From Phormidesmis sp. (GTDB lineage Bacteria > Cyanobacteriota > Cyanobacteriia > Leptolyngbyales > Leptolyngbyaceae), in the NCBI GenBank assembly GCA_965248535.1, contig CBDFJR010000005.1, positions 2,336,001-2,400,000 on the forward strand: a DNA stretch of 64,000 nt, in the 5' to 3' direction. The notes below the pieces were generated by a model. That model was not told where the DNA came from, searched no databases, and worked only from the letters and a program-made list of their open reading frames with translations. The position numbers and the translations under genes were made by a program. Shown here one piece after another: positions 1 through 9,752 of this stretch (positions are counted from its first letter, which is position 1; every line of letters begins with the position of its first letter).

Positions 1-1346
1 AGGGCAAAGTTTGCCCGGTTGTTAATCACCGTTTGCAGCGGCAGCGATGAGGCGGTGTAGTTAAATTTGGCGGCAATCTCCTTTCGAGGCTGCGTGAGCA
101 GATCATTGACTGAAGATTGGGTGAGTGGTCTTTTGGTTAAAACGGCGTTCCAAGTACCAATAGATTCACTGGTGTAGGGATAGGCTCCTGGCGTGATGCC
201 GTTGACATCTGCAAAAGTCGGAATTAGCTGCTTAAAGGCAGTCGCATCACCAACATCCAACGAAGCTGGATTGAGCCGAGTCAGCCAGAAGAATCCACCG
301 AGTAGGAGCAGCAGTAAAAATCCGAGTAGCCAAAGCAATCGTCGTCGTCGTTTTCTCAGCAGCGGCTTTTCTTGACTGCGCTGGGATGAATTTGTAGCCG
401 CCTCAAACTCAGGCAGTCGTAGTAAAGTTTGGCGAGCAATCTCAGCGCTCGCAAACGGTGTTTCTAGCCCCATCAGTCGGCAGAGAAATTCTTTTAACTG
501 AGGGTCGGCGGGCGACCAGTTTTGTCCATCGCGGGGATCAAGGGAATTTTCAGACACCGGATCGATCGCTCGTCCTGCCCACGCATAGAAGCCGACATAG
601 CCCAGAGCTATTAAATCTTGAGCAGGATCGGGAGCCGGAAACGTGATCAGAGGGGGCGCAAAAGGATGCTCCCACATGGCGAGATCACAAACATAGATAT
701 AAAAGCCTTCTGCAACCTGGATGCTTTCTAGGTTTAGATTGCCGTGAACGAGATTTGATCGGGCTGATCGCCGAAACGTTTGGCTATGGAGAAACTGCAA
801 GGTTTGGAGCACTTGGCTGAGTAGCGATCGTACTTGGGTTGCAGACATTGCCCCGTTTTGGTTTAAGGTCTGTGCTAACGTCGGCGCGATCGCAAGTTTC
901 CCCAGACTGACGAGATAGCAGCGATCGCTTTGCTGATCGGCAATGGTTTCCCACGGCGCAATCAAGCGAAAATCTTGCCCTTGGGTTTCGTCCCAACTTG
1001 CCGCTCCCACCTGCATAAAGATGGCTTTGCGCTGCTGAATTTCTTGGGCATTAAACGCCCGATTTGGCAACAAATATTCTTTAATCACCACTGGTTTGCC
1101 GTCGCTGACCCGGCTGCCTTTATAGAGTCGCCCCATGCCTTGCGATCGCACAAACCCCACAACTCGATAAGTGCCGCGATCGCCCCGAATTTCTGCCTGC
1201 TCTGGCAGCGTCGCCGGAAATCCACATTCCAAACAAAACTTTGCATCGGGAAACTGTTGAGCGGTTTTTTGCGGCTGATCACATCGCAGAGGAGCATTCT
1301 GCATACAGCGATCGTAGGTTGAAGCAAACGGGTCAACGGCAGTCAT
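1..1346 (-). CDS. Ser/Thr kinase-like (probable pseudokinase) membrane protein: Cys-rich N-terminus, TM helix, extracytoplasmic domain (possibly PstS/PBP-like); 3' end runs off the window
   Basis: Absent from the ORF track. Manual translation from ATG at 1346 is open to position 1: MTAVDPFASTYDRCMQNAPLRCDQP..KFCLECGFP..GTYRVVGFVRSQGMGRLYKG..PVVIKEY..VHGNLNLESI..VCDLAMWE..RRLLWLLGFLLLLLLGGFFWL.. The PBP-like call is recalled from similar cyanobacterial proteins and is weaker. Confidence 0.8.
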   Translation of the reverse strand, partial: MTAVDPFASTYDRCMQNAPLRCDQPQKTAQQFPDAKFCLECGFPATLPEQAEIRGDRGTYRVVGFVRSQGMGRLYKGSRVSDGKPVVIKEYLLPNRAFNAQEIQQRKAIFMQVGAASWDETQGQDFRLIAPWETIADQQSDRCYLVSLGKLAIAPTLAQTLNQNGAMSATQVRSLLSQVLQTLQFLHSQTFRRSARSNLVHGNLNLESIQVAEGFYIYVCDLAMWEHPFAPPLITFPAPDPAQDLIALGYVGFYAWAGRAIDPVSENSLDPRDGQNWSPADPQLKEFLCRLMGLETPFASAEIARQTLLRLPEFEAATNSSQRSQEKPLLRKRRRRLLWLLGFLLLLLLGGFFWLTRLNPASLDVGDATAFKQLIPTFADVNGITPGAYPYTSESIGTWNAVLTKRPLTQSSVNDLLTQPRKEIAAKFNYTASSLPLQTVINNRANFA

Positions 1347-1397
1347 AACGATTCGCTACTATTAGAGAGGACAAAAGAATTCAGCACATCGCCAGGA

Positions 1398-2087
1398 TTA
1401 AAGTTGGATCAATCCTCGCTTCATCGCTTCTACGATCGCTTGCGTCCGGTTTGTGACTTCTAACTTCTGGAAAATGGTTGTGAGATAGGCTTTGACCGTT
1501 GCGATCGAGACATACATTTGCTGGGCAATTTTCTCGTTTGACTCGCCCCGCAGCAGCCAAAGCAGCACTTCTACTTCCCGATGCGAAAGCAACCCATCCG
1601 CTTCTGAGTGATGAGACAGGTGGACTTGCACCGCTTGAAACTGTCTAAAAAAACTGGTCGCAGCTTCGGGAGGGAGATAAACGTCGCCTCGTAGGACGGT
1701 GGCGATCGCGTCCCAAAGCTGTTGAGCGACCTGAGACTTAAACAGATAGCCTGCTGCCCCCGCTTGCATAGCTTGATAGATCCAGTCGTCTTCTTGGTGC
1801 GCTGAGATGACAAGCGTTTTCACGGCTATCTCGCGCTCCCGAAGCTGCCGCAGCACGGATAATCCATCTCCTTTGACAAACTCCATGTCTAGCAGGATCA
1901 GATCTGGCTGTCGCTGCATCGTTAGGGTGAGGGCGGTTTCGATGCTGCTGGCTTCTCCGATCACTGTGAAGCCTTCGCCTTGATCTTGATGAAACTCTAG
2001 CAGCGATCGCAGCCCCGATCGAAAGCGTTGATTATCATCGACGAGCAAAATCGAGAGCGGTTTAGTTGAGCTAGGTCGAGTTAGCAT
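1398..2087 (-). CDS. NarL/LuxR-family response regulator (REC + HTH_LuxR)
   Basis: ILLVDD, DLILLDM and AAGYLFK receiver motifs; LSHREVEVL..SNEKIAQQMYVSIATVKAYL LuxR HTH. Confidence 0.95.
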   Translation of the reverse strand: MLTRPSSTKPLSILLVDDNQRFRSGLRSLLEFHQDQGEGFTVIGEASSIETALTLTMQRQPDLILLDMEFVKGDGLSVLRQLREREIAVKTLVISAHQEDDWIYQAMQAGAAGYLFKSQVAQQLWDAIATVLRGDVYLPPEAATSFFRQFQAVQVHLSHHSEADGLLSHREVEVLLWLLRGESNEKIAQQMYVSIATVKAYLTTIFQKLEVTNRTQAIVEAMKRGLIQL

Positions 2088-3256
2088 GAGTCACCCTCTG
2101 CTAGGCGGCTCCGGGAAGAGCGCGGTAGAATCAGCGAAAATTCTGCGCCTTGGGTGGGCAAATTCTTTGCCCACAGATTGCCGCGATGATCTCGCACGAC
2201 TTTTTGAGCGATCGCCAACCCTAACCCGGTTCCCTGCGGACGACGGGAATAAAAGGGTGTGAACAAATGACGTAAGTCTTCAGGTGAGAGTCCTGAGCCT
2301 TGGTCGGCGATCGTAATCAGAACTTCGCTATGAAACACTTGCCAGTTGAAGGTAATGGTTCCTGCGATCGGGCTAAAGTGAATCGCATTGTTGAGCAAGT
2401 TATCAAAAACCTGTTTGATCTGTAAGCGATCGAGAGAAAGCAGAATCGAGGTTTGAGGATAAATCACCCGCAGTTGTTTCTCGTGAATCCAGGCTTGTAA
2501 GCCTTGAATACTTTCGACAACGATGTGGCGTAGCTCTTGGGGCGTGACTCGTAGCGCTTCACTGCTGCTGCAATAGATTAGTTCTGTGAGATTTCTATCC
2601 AGATCTTGAGTGGTTTCACGAATGATCGAGGCCTGTTCGTATAACTGTCCTTTGACTAGTCTACAGCATAGATTCTCTGCGTATAGGTTGAGTAAACCCA
2701 AAGGTTGGCGAACTTGATGACCGACGCGTTGAACAATTTGCTCTAAGGTCTTAATTTGCTGTTGTTGTCGTGAATTAATTAAATGCTGTTCTAAATACTC
2801 GTTGAGTATTGTTGCGGTTTGACGAATCAGTTGCTTTGTGGTTGAAGATAGAGTTGCTTCAGCAACTACTAAAAGATACCAGCATTGTTGCTGTTGATAA
2901 CTATAAGGACAAACATATAAGACTGTCTCTAAGAAATTGTCGAGTAGGATTTGACTGACTGTAAACGCTAGAGGAAACTCTGTGAGCCACGTTTCTGATT
3001 GTATAAGCTGGATGAGGTCTGGAGCTAAGGGTTGCAAATCTCTTGAAGCTTGAATCCTTTGGCGATGGGGTGCAGAACTAGGATCAGCGTAAGTCATCTG
3101 AACAAAGGCGATCGAGGATTGAGCGATTAGTTGGTTCACTTGCAGTTGGCAGAAACGATCGAGACCGGAACCCTCGATCGGGGCAACAGTTGCGAGCGGT
3201 TGCGGAACTAACCGTTGGGTGTGCTGAAGTTTTGAAGCAGCGAGTTGAACCTCCAT
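2081..3256 (-). CDS. Soluble sensor histidine kinase (HisKA + HATPase)
   Basis: H-box VGHQVRQPLG, N-box QVFDNLLNNAIHF, DQGSG, FTPFYS and GTGLGLAI; no TM seen. Start placed at ATG 3256 after a GGAGGG RBS (ORF track starts at 3328). Overlaps the response regulator start. Confidence 0.92.
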   Translation of the reverse strand: MEVQLAASKLQHTQRLVPQPLATVAPIEGSGLDRFCQLQVNQLIAQSSIAFVQMTYADPSSAPHRQRIQASRDLQPLAPDLIQLIQSETWLTEFPLAFTVSQILLDNFLETVLYVCPYSYQQQQCWYLLVVAEATLSSTTKQLIRQTATILNEYLEQHLINSRQQQQIKTLEQIVQRVGHQVRQPLGLLNLYAENLCCRLVKGQLYEQASIIRETTQDLDRNLTELIYCSSSEALRVTPQELRHIVVESIQGLQAWIHEKQLRVIYPQTSILLSLDRLQIKQVFDNLLNNAIHFSPIAGTITFNWQVFHSEVLITIADQGSGLSPEDLRHLFTPFYSRRPQGTGLGLAIAQKVVRDHRGNLWAKNLPTQGAEFSLILPRSSRSRLAEGDSC

Positions 3257-3469
3257 CAATCCCTCCGAATTTGAGAAGTCTGACCAATTGCGCGATCGCT
3301 GGAGATAGTTTGAGCAGTCTCTCAACAACCGTTGCTAAATCAGAAATGGGTAGCGATCGCTTGATTAGCACTTGGTTAGCAATAGATGCCAGCATCTTTA
3401 ACTGATGCAGTTTTTTGGCTTAGAGATCGCCGCCGAACTTCACCTACGATCGGTCTTGCATCAACTGAT

Positions 3470-3679
3470 GCATTTTCGATATCGGCAGATTTATTTGCAG
3501 GATTTAGAGGTGCATTTTCAATATCGGCGTATCTATTTGTAGAATTTGCATGAACGTTTTCTATAGTGGGGTATCCGTTTGTAGAATTTGCATGGGCATT
3601 TTCTATATCAGCAGATTTATTTGCAGGATTTAGAGGTGCATTTTCGATATCGGCATATCCGTTTGCTGATCTTTTACGT
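3470..3679. repeat. Five degenerate 42-bp tandem units (21-bp sub-periodicity)
   Basis: Units start at 3470, 3512, 3554, 3596 and 3638, e.g. gcattttcgatatcggcagatttatttgcaggatttagaggt; units 1 and 4 differ at 2 positions. Confidence 0.9.
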
Positions 3680-3814
3680 ATGTAAGGACAACTCTATAGA
3701 AACTATACAAAAACTTTAAATTCAAACCGAATAAATCAATAGAACTACGAATCTCAGCGAGAGCAATCTGAAATTAGCTTAGAGCAAACTCAGATTGTTG
3801 GAACAAAATCACTC

Positions 3815-4234
3815 ATGGGATTAAAAACTCGCGGTTCTGCTCAACTTGACAAAGCACAGCGGCGGATTGCGCTAATCAAGTCGATCGAAGAAACCTTGGA
3901 TCTGGGCTATGGTTTGACGGTTTCAAACTATACGACGCTGATCGAAAAGGCTCGTGCTGCCCTAGAAGCTTACAACACCTTGCTGCCGCAGTTGGGTGAA
4001 GCGAGGCAAAAACTGGAGCAGTTGGAAAAAGAACTGGGGGAAACCTCAGCGCGGATGTTGAGCGGAGTGGCGATGAAGTATGGAAAATCGAGCATCGAAT
4101 ACACCAAGGCGGGTGGCTCAAATCGAAAGAAGTCAAAAAGCTCAAGTCCAGTCTCGATCGCGGCAGTCCCAGCGCTGACGGTTGAAACGAACGGCGCGAA
4201 GAATGGCAATGGTAAAGCGATCGCAGTGAATTAA
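3815..4234 (+). CDS. Cyanobacterial hypothetical coiled-coil protein
   Basis: 139-aa ORF, heptad-rich centre, LDLGYGLT and KYGKSSIEYTKAGG motifs recalled from a widespread cyanobacterial hypothetical family. Confidence 0.8.
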   Translation: MGLKTRGSAQLDKAQRRIALIKSIEETLDLGYGLTVSNYTTLIEKARAALEAYNTLLPQLGEARQKLEQLEKELGETSARMLSGVAMKYGKSSIEYTKAGGSNRKKSKSSSPVSIAAVPALTVETNGAKNGNGKAIAVN

Positions 4235-4389
4235 TCGGGTCACGACTTGCAACTGGTTGAGAGACATGAGGTTATCTTGTGTCTCTTTTAGTTTGATTTT
4301 GGGGCGCTAAAATAAAAACTTGAGAGACATCCGGAAACGAGAGCAGATCCGTAGTTTCTCTTAGAAGCGGCATTAAAGGAGAGCGTCTG

Positions 4390-4728
4390 ATGTCAGAGAT
4401 TAGAATCACGATCGAAGGAAAGGGCGCGATCGCTGCGGCGGAAGCGCTGGTGACGTTGCCGGGGGTTTCGGGGAGTTGGGCAACCTCAGATGAGGTGAAA
4501 CGAGATGGAGCGCTAGAAGTGATTGCGACGATCGTGGGATTGGTCAGCGGGGGATTGGGCGCAGCAGAGCAGATTCGCAAGTGGTATGAGGAATATCACG
4601 GATCGGAAACGAACAAGATTGAAAATGTAGTGATCATTACCCCGAAGGAACGGATCGCGATCGAGGATGCAACGCCCGAACAAATTGTCAAGCTGCTGAA
4701 AGGGATTACAAAAGATTCACCCAAATGA
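4390..4728 (+). CDS. Small protein with central hydrophobic Gly-rich helix (EACC1/protease-co-occurring type, tentative)
   Basis: AAGGAG RBS; KRDGALEVIATIVGLVSGGLGAA segment; stop overlaps the next ATG (ATGA at 4725-4728). Confidence 0.75.
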   Translation: MSEIRITIEGKGAIAAAEALVTLPGVSGSWATSDEVKRDGALEVIATIVGLVSGGLGAAEQIRKWYEEYHGSETNKIENVVIITPKERIAIEDATPEQIVKLLKGITKDSPK

Positions 4729-7700
4729 AAACGCTTCAAATCAGCCTCACCCTAATCGATGAGCAATACGCGAGATTAACCGCCCAGCACGAGCAATCGC
4801 GGCTCATCTCTGAAAGACCGATCGCGTTAGAAAGCATTCAAACCTTGATTAAGAAGTCGAAAACCGACTTTTACAATGCTGATCCGAACCCGATCGAGGT
4901 CGGAAAACAGCTTTATTTTTGGCTGGATGGTGAGGCGCGGTGGCTCAGTCAAGCGCTGGATCAGACGCGGGAGGGGTTGGTTTTGGCGATCGAAACCGTC
5001 GAACGATTGGCGCATTTGCCTTGGGAAACGTTGCACGATCGTGCTGGGTTTCTGGTGATGCGATCGAATCCGATCGTGATTGTGCGGCAGGTCGAGGGCG
5101 TGGTGAACCAGCGGGAACTGCCCGAACGATCGCTTCAGGTGATGTTTATGGCGACCGATCCTGAAGCGCCAGGAGAAACAAAGCTGGAGTTTGAGCGGGA
5201 AGAGTCAGATATTTTGGATGCAACGCGGCGGTTGCCGATGGTGCTGCGGGTCGAGGAGAGTGGCTCGATCGAGGGATTGAAAGACATTTGGCAGCGCTAT
5301 CACGGGACGCTAGATGTATTGCATTTGTCGGGTCATGCAACTATTCGGGAGGTGAAAGGGGAGAATGGCCAGATCACCTATCAGCCATACTTTGTGACGG
5401 AGACGCTAACGGGTGATCGAGACGAAGCTACAGCAGACGCGATCGCGCAAGTGTTGCGATTTCGGGAGCCGCGACTGGTGTTTTTGTCGGGCTGTCGGAC
5501 GGGAGAAGCAGGCGGACACGGGGCGGCTCCTTCGTTTGCAGAGCAGTTGGTGAACCAAGGGGTGCCTGCGGTGTTGGGGTGGGGTCGATCGGTGGGCGAT
5601 CGTGTGGCAATTGTCGCGGCGGCGGCGCTCTATGAGAAATTGGCGACGGGATACACACTGGTTCAGGCGTTGGCGTTGACCTATCGAGCGGTGTCACAGA
5701 ATCAGGGGCTTTCGATGCGGGAGCGCAGTCAGTGGCAGTTGTTACGGCTGTATGCAGTGCGATCGCCAGAAGCTTGGGGGGCGTTTGTGCTGACATCGGG
5801 GGATCACGTCGTTGCGCCACGTCTGGAGTTTGATGATCTGTTTCTGGGAGCAGAAGGGGGGCCACGGGTCGCAAGTGCAGCAGAATTTGTCGGGCGGCGG
5901 CGGAATTTGCAGCGGTGTTTGAGGGCGCTGAAGCAGCAGCAGGGGATAGTGCTGCATGGGTTGGGTGGGGTAGGCAAGAGCACGATCGCGAAACGATTGC
6001 TGGAACGGTTGGTCGGATATACGCCGCTGGTGATTTATCGCGATTTGACCGAGGTGAGGCTGTTGGATGCGCTGCTGCGGCAGTGTGAGTCGGAGATAGG
6101 CGTTGAGATTCTCAATGGCAAATTGGGGCTGGCGCAGAAGTTGAGTAAGTTTTTTAAGCAGGGATTGAATGAGCCGAACCAGCGATTTGCGATCGTCTTA
6201 GATGATTTTGAGGCGAATTTAGAGGATCGCGGCGATGGATTGCGGGTGATGACTTCGGAAGTGGTTCCGGTGTTGCAGGGTTTGTTGGAGGGGATGACGT
6301 TATCGAAGTTGCCGCATCGGGCGATCGTGACGAGTCGATATGATTTTGGCATGGGGATGCGCGATAACCTGCATCGTGAGCCGCTGGCGGGGTTGCGCGA
6401 TGGAGATTTGAAGAAGAAGTGCGATCGCTTAGAGGCGTTTCAACCTGGGGAGATTGCGCCGGAGCTACGGAAAAAAGCGATCGCGCTCTCAGATGGAAAT
6501 CCGCGCTTGTTGGAGTGGTTGAATTTGGTGCTGCGCGATCGCGAGACGGATCAGATCAAGATTTTGGCGGCGATGGAGGGGAAGCGATCGGAGTTTCGGA
6601 CGCAGATTTTGGCGGAGGAGTTGCTGAGGCAGCAGCCAGAAGCATTGGTCGAGATGTTGGGGCGGGGGATGGTGTTTGAGATTCCGGTGCCGCGTGAGGT
6701 GTTTGGGTCGGTGTGTGAGGCTGAGGCGCAATGGATAGAGAGAGCGATCGCGCTGGGGTTGCTGGAGGTGGTGCCAGATGGAGCGGTGCGGGTTCCTCGG
6801 ATTTTGATGGTGCAGGGGTTGGCAGGGGAAGCGCTGGCGGGGGATGCGGCGCGGCAGTTGTATCGGGTTTGGTGGGAAGCGGCGAGGGGAACGGAGGAAC
6901 AGGTTTTAGAGGTGCATCGATTGGGGTTGATTGGGGGAGAAGGCACGATCGCGGCGGAGATTGCCGATCAAGTTGCAAGTCGATGGAAGAATCAAAGCCG
7001 ATTTCGTGAAGCGGTTCAGCTTTGTCGATCGACGCTAGAAGTAGCCGAAGACTTTCGCGTGCGTCATCAACTTGCACGAGTCGAAGAGCCATTGGGAGAA
7101 ACAAGTTCTGCGCTTCAAAATTACCAAAAAGCTCTAGAAGACTGTCCAGACGTAGACGATGAAGATGTTTTGCGTGAGAAAGCCACAATTATTCACAATA
7201 TGGCAATCATCTACGCCAATCAAGGACAAGTCGAGAGCGCGATCGACCTCTATCAACAATCGCTGCAACTCTTTGAGCAAATCGCAGCAATGTATGGCAA
7301 TCATCTAGGGAAAATCGCAGCAACCTTGCAATGTGAAGGGAAAAGCAGCAACCTTGCAATGGCAATCATCTACGCCAATCAAGGACAAGTCGAGAGCGCG
7401 ATCGACCTCTATCAACAATCGCTGCAAATCAAAGAGCAAATCGGCGATGTGCAGGGAAAAGCAGCAACCTTGCACCAAATGGCAGGCATCTACGCCAATC
7501 AAGGACAAGTCGAGAGCGCGATCGACCTCTATCAACAATCGCTGCAACTCAAAGAGCAAATCGGCAATGTGCAGGGAAAAGCAGCAACCTTGCACCAAAT
7601 GGCAGGCATCTACGCCAATCAAGGACAAGTCGAGAGCGCGATCGACCTCTATCAACAATCCCTGCAACTCAAAGAGCAAATCGGCGATGTGCAGGGAAAA

Positions 7701-8715
7701 GCAGCAACCTTGCACTGTATGGCAATCATCTACGCCAATCAAGGACAAGTCGAGAGCGCGATCGACCTCTATCAACAATCGCTGCAACTCCAAGAGCAAA
7801 TCGGCAATGTGCAGGGAAAAGCAGCAACCTTGCAATGGCAACATCTACGCCAATCAAGGACAAGTCGAGAGCGCGATCGACCTCTATCAACAATCGCTGC
7901 AACTCAAAGAGCAAATCGGCAATGTGCAGGGAAAAGCAGCAACCTTGCACCAAATGGCAGGCATCTACGCCAATCAAGGACAAGTCGAGAGCGCGATCGA
8001 CCTCTATCAACAATCGCTGCAACTCAAAGAGCAAATCGGCAATGTGCAGGGAAAAGCAGCAACCTTGCACTGTATGGCAAACATCTACGCCAATCAAGGA
8101 CAAGTCGAGAGCGCGATCGACCTCTATCAACAATCGCTGCAACTCGAAGAGCAAATCGGCAATGTGAAGGGAAAAGCAGCAACCTTGCACTGTATGGCAA
8201 TCATCTACGCCAATCAAGGACAAGTCGAGAGCGCGATCGACCTCTATCAACAATCGCTGCAACTCAAAGAGCAAATCGGCAATGTGCAGGGAAAAGCAGC
8301 AACCTTGCACTGTATGGCAATCATCTACGCCAATCAAGGACAAGTCGAGAGCGCGATCGACCTCTATCAACAATCGCTGCAACTCAAAGAGCAAATCGGC
8401 AATGTGCAGGGAAAAGCAGCAACCTTGCACCAAATGGCAGGCATCTACGCCAATCAAGGACAAGTCGAGAGCGCGATCGACCTCTATCAACAATCGCTGC
8501 AACTCGAAGAGCAAATCGGCGATGTGCAGGGAAAAGCAGCAACCTTAGCCATGATGTCGCAGTTGCTGATTGCGCGAGGAGAGTTTGAAACGGCGATCAC
8601 CAATCTGCGAGAATCGATCAACATTCTTCAGCGCATTGGTTCACCCGATGCCGCAACGGTTATCAACATTTTGAATCATGCCATTGAGTTACAGAACGAA
8701 GAAGCGCAAGATTAG
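4725..8715 (+). CDS. CHAT (caspase-like) protease + STAND-like P-loop NTPase + TPR array; reading frame shifted at ~7835
   Basis: CHAT dyad DVLHLSGHA / LVFLSGCRTG; Walker A GLGGVGKST; Walker B IVLDDFE; GNPRLL motif; 40-aa TPR-like repeats. One repeat is 5 nt short (115 vs 120 bp); the TPRs continue in the frame that ends at 8715. Confidence 0.88.
7209..8550 (+). repeat. Eleven near-identical ~120-bp TPR-encoding tandem repeats
   Basis: atctacgccaatcaaggacaagtcgagagcgcg starts at 7209, 7368, 7488, 7608, 7728, 7843, 7963, 8083, 8203, 8323 and 8443. Confidence 0.95.
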
Positions 8716-8725
8716 AATTTTAGAG

Positions 8726-8895
8726 TAGACCTCCTGCACGAATCCGGGAACGCCCCTAAATCCCCCATGAATGAGGGACTTTGAACTTAGAAACTTGACT
8801 CAAAGTCCCCCAGAATGGGGGATTTAGGGGGCACAACCCGCCTGAAACGCAGCGCAATCGCAGCGCAATTAGCACCGCCCTCATTCGTGAAGATC
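8726..8895. repeat. Cyanobacterial small dispersed palindromic repeat / MITE-like element
   Basis: Nested inverted repeats cccctaaatccccca..tgggggatttagggg and gggactttga..tcaaagtccc; left end tagacctcctgca recurs at 62281; related fragments at ~24630 and ~62460. Confidence 0.7.
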
Positions 8896-9146
8896 GCGAT
8901 CGATGAACTCCCCAATCCGCGATGTCATTGATACTAAGGGTCGTGAATTTATTAAGATGTAACTTCTCGCTTAGAGCAGATGGAACCAAACCACGATCGC
9001 GCCCAAAAAAACTCAGCATTCCAAAAAACAAAAAACTCTTGTACAATACACCGCAGTGATGGAGTTGTGCCCCGAAGCCTGATTTAGCAGATCAGACTCC
9101 GAGGACTTCCATCCCTAGTTAGCGACTATTAACTTAGGAGGCGTTC

Positions 9147-9266
9147 ATGATTGTACACCGTCAGCTTTGCTATGGGATCTTGAAAGGCTGGAATCAAGAT
9201 CCTGCATACAGTTTTTACCCAAACGGAATGTTTGAGAGATCCGTGTTTTTGTCCTCTTTAACTTAA
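9147..9266 (+). CDS. Putative 39-aa leader peptide (MIVHRQLCYGILKGWNQDPAYSFYPNGMFERSVFLSSLT)
   Basis: TAGGAGG RBS 5 nt upstream of the ATG; stop codon lies in the loop of the downstream RBS-sequestering hairpin. Confidence 0.55.
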   Translation: MIVHRQLCYGILKGWNQDPAYSFYPNGMFERSVFLSSLT

Positions 9267-9282
9267 CCGAGAGGACAAAAAC
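9245..9282 (+). promoter_or_regulatory. 13-bp perfect hairpin sequestering the RBS of the 9284 gene
   Basis: gtttttgtcctct (9245-9257) pairs with agaggacaaaaac (9270-9282); ATG at 9284. Confidence 0.75.
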
Positions 9283-9283
9283 T

Positions 9284-9655
9284 ATGGCAGTTAGGACGAT
9301 CGTTCCTAGCTTGATTTCGTTTACCGTTGAGTTGCGATGCTCAATCGAAAAGCGTTATCGAGTCAGTGTGACGTTAGATTTACAAGAGCGTTATCTCTTT
9401 GTGCCGTCTGGCATTCTCGTGAATGTTAGCGATCACATTGAAGAGTTCGTCTCAGAACTGAGTGAGATTGCGTCTAATCAACTGGCATTTCTCAAGTGGG
9501 ATGGCACCAGTGACTTGACCACAGAGTATCAGATTGTGCGAGTGTTGCCCGGTTATCAGGTTGAATGTTCTTTAATGAAATTCAACATTGTTCTGGGTGA
9601 GGGTTCCTTAATTCAAGTGGAGGAGTTGCACAACAAAACTACGATTCAACTCTAG
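9284..9655 (+). CDS. Hypothetical protein (123 aa)
   Basis: ORF with GAGAGG RBS; no recognised family. Confidence 0.6.
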   Translation: MAVRTIVPSLISFTVELRCSIEKRYRVSVTLDLQERYLFVPSGILVNVSDHIEEFVSELSEIASNQLAFLKWDGTSDLTTEYQIVRVLPGYQVECSLMKFNIVLGEGSLIQVEELHNKTTIQL

Positions 9656-9752
9656 AAAGTTGAGGTTAGGGAGTCATCAATATCCCGTTTGGAAAATGCT
9701 CCCTAACTATAGTCAAACATGGCAAGGCTTTGGCGGTCTCAATCCACAATCC

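Noticed and set aside
3470..3679. CRISPR array
   Set aside because: Head-to-tail degenerate units without unique spacers
7305..8548. Long alternative-frame and antisense ORFs (e.g. 7726..8514 minus) and the Arg-rich tail of the 1287-aa ORF
   Set aside because: By-products of a stop-free tandem repeat and the frameshift
7209..8550. CRISPR array or DGR template/variable repeat
   Set aside because: Units are contiguous 120-bp coding repeats with no spacers; variation is not adenine-specific; no cas or reverse transcriptase gene is in the window
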